Shown piece after piece: positions 26,494 through 28,152 of a stretch of 28,152 bases of DNA (positions within the stretch are counted from its first letter, which is position 1; each line of letters starts with the position of its first letter). A model generated the notes under the pieces. That model was not told where the DNA came from. It did not search any database and saw only the letters and a program-made list of their open reading frames with translations. Source of the stretch: Candidatus Caldarchaeales archaeon (lineage in GTDB: Archaea; Thermoproteota; Nitrososphaeria_A; Caldarchaeales; Wolframiiraptoraceae); NCBI GenBank assembly GCA_039630055.1, contig JBCNVN010000020.1, forward strand, positions 1-28,152. The letters run 5' to 3'. Position numbers and translations under genes: made by a program.

Positions 26494-26611
26494 AGCATCT
26501 GAGCATTTTATAGGCTTATCTGGATAGATTCCTTAACTCCATTAAGATAGATAATTATATTGTCATATGCATTAGAAAACATGTTGGGAGAGACTTTCGT
26601 AAACTATAACT

Positions 26612-27535
26612 TTAAAGAATCAACCTTGATATGATAACTTTTGTTGAGATTATCGCTCTAACCTGGAGGTTTGGGGGAAAGAACGGGATTATCTTATGGT
26701 TGACCAATCCTAACCAGAGTAATCCTTCTAAAGATGTATTGATGTATAGTAAGATCCAGTAGATCTTGTTGATATCTTGTTTGAATAAGGCTACTCAGAT
26801 AGGTATTATAGGATAGATTATCGTAAGGAAGCTGAGAGGATGAAAGTTTGTCAATGTTACTGATAGGTATACGAGCCCTATCCAGAAGAATGTTACGAGG
26901 GCGAAGGCTGCATTCTTGCCTATGAATACCGGTGTCGTTTTAATACCAACCCTCTTATCATATTCCACATCTATTATAGCTGAGAATATATGCATCGATG
27001 ATGTGTGGAGTAATCCAGCTAAGAGAATCGTGGGAGCAGGCAGCAGTCCTGAAACTATGTAGTATCCGAATATTCCAGGCATGATGTAGAGATAGTTGGA
27101 GGCGAAGTCAAGGAATGGTCTTTTCTTGAATCTTAGTGGTGGAGCACTGTAGAATATGGAGAGTAAGAGGAAGATGGGGAAGACAATCTGTCCCAGAGGA
27201 TCTTGAATCGTCATCAATAGCACACTTATAGAGATAACTGCTATCAGCAATCTCTTAATTTTCTTCTTGTTCGAATCTGTTAACCTCAACTCTTTTATGT
27301 CTTTTTTCGGGTTAAATTGGTCGGTCTCTACATCAATGTAGTCATTTATTCCATAGATGAGTATGTTGGCTGGAAAGAAGAAGTAAAAGAGATATATGTA
27401 GTATTCAATCTTAAGGAAGTCTTCAAATCCTGTAGCTCCTAAAGTATATCCTACCACATAGGGTCCTGCAGTATATATCCAGAACCTAAACCGTGATATC
27501 TTGATTATCTCTGAGAGGTCTTCTCTTATCGTCAA
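26612..27535 (-). pseudogene. UbiA-family prenyltransferase, lycopene elongase LyeJ/CrtEb-like, with a premature stop
   Basis: SRFRFWIYTAGP, GINDYIDVETD, YSAPPLRFK, SAIIDVEYDKRVGIKTT. The frame continues past TGA 26795-26797 as VALFKQDINKIYWILLYINTSLEGLLWLGL to TAA 26612-26614. Confidence 0.7.
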
Positions 27536-27536
27536 C

Positions 27537-28152
27537 TTAGAGCACCAGGTTCTTGTAGTGGAGGGCTGAGATAGAATTGATAATTGCGGTGGTGACTATC
27601 TTTATTTTCTGTGGTTTTACTTTTCTCCTAAATAAGATCATAGGATTACGGTAGATTATCTTCGCAGTTAGTTTATACATGTCTGCCGCAGTCTTTATCG
27701 GGATTAGATATCTGTATGGTATGTATTTATAACCTTTCTCAGCGAAATCCTGCCACTCCATATATCTGTCGATCTGTCTTCATATAAACTGGTTGAATTG
27801 CTCCCGTTTTCCAGCTGCTTCTTCCATAGTTAGATTCCTAATTCCTAAACTTCTCATCTCATCATAGGGTAGATACTGTCTACCTAGAGTCAGGTCTTCC
27901 TGTATATCTCTTATGAAGTTCAAGTACTGCATCGCTCTCCCTAGATATCTTGCATGAATAAAAGAATCTTCGCTTAGGTCCATAATCCTGGCCATGAATA
28001 ATCCTATAACCTCTGCGGAGCCATAGATATAGGTGTAGAGTTCCTCTAAAGTATGATAGACTTTCTTATATTAGTCTGATTCCATAGCGTCTAGAAATGC
28101 TTTTATCCAGCTATCTTCGAACCTTTTCCTTCTAGTAGGTGATATAAACTCT
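27537..28152 (-). pseudogene. crtB: Phytoene synthase (CrtB) with two in-frame stops; 5' end outside the window
   Basis: One frame: [35 protein letters not shown]...[26 protein letters not shown]...NQFI*RQIDRYMEWQ; TAA at 28071-28073 and TGA at 27780-27782. Confidence 0.85.

Noticed and set aside
15683-28073. Stop-codon recoding (Sec, Pyl or reassignment) to explain four in-frame stops
   Set aside because: The stops are mixed (TAA, TGA, TGA, TAA), not at recognisable catalytic positions, confined to accessory genes, and TGA/TAA terminate normal genes in this window.
1-28152. CRISPR array, integrase, transposase or rRNA genes
   Set aside because: No regularly spaced repeats, recombinase/transposase ORFs or rRNA-like segments were seen.

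Overview
Archaeal chromosomal window, most likely from a thermophilic TACK-group lineage (inferred from archaeal-type shikimate enzymes, BRE/TATA promoters and an intron-containing tRNA-Phe). The core is an aromatic amino acid operon using the archaeal aspartate-semialdehyde/DKFP route: lysC-asd-aroA'(ADH synthase)-aroB'(DHQ synthase II)-aroD-aroE-aroK. aroA and aroC lie about 8 kb downstream, beyond a nucleoside-uptake block (BMP-family ABC transporter plus a decayed nucleoside phosphorylase). Also present: thrB, a TrxB-like reductase, DUF429, cutA, a BtuF/BtuC-like pair, a HemL-like aminotransferase, tRNA-Phe(GAA), an Fe-dependent alcohol dehydrogenase, a thioesterase, and a decaying crtB/lyeJ-like carotenoid cluster. 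The standout is an unannotated 24-codon leader ORF (2218-2292, MGFQKNSITKSFYFFWSYFYFALA) with 9 Phe/Tyr/Trp codons in a 10-codon run, directly upstream of the operon. It is followed by two mutually exclusive RNA helices, one of which would bury the lysC Shine-Dalgarno and TTG start. This is a candidate ribosome-mediated leader-peptide attenuator in an archaeon; the mechanism is inferred, not demonstrated.
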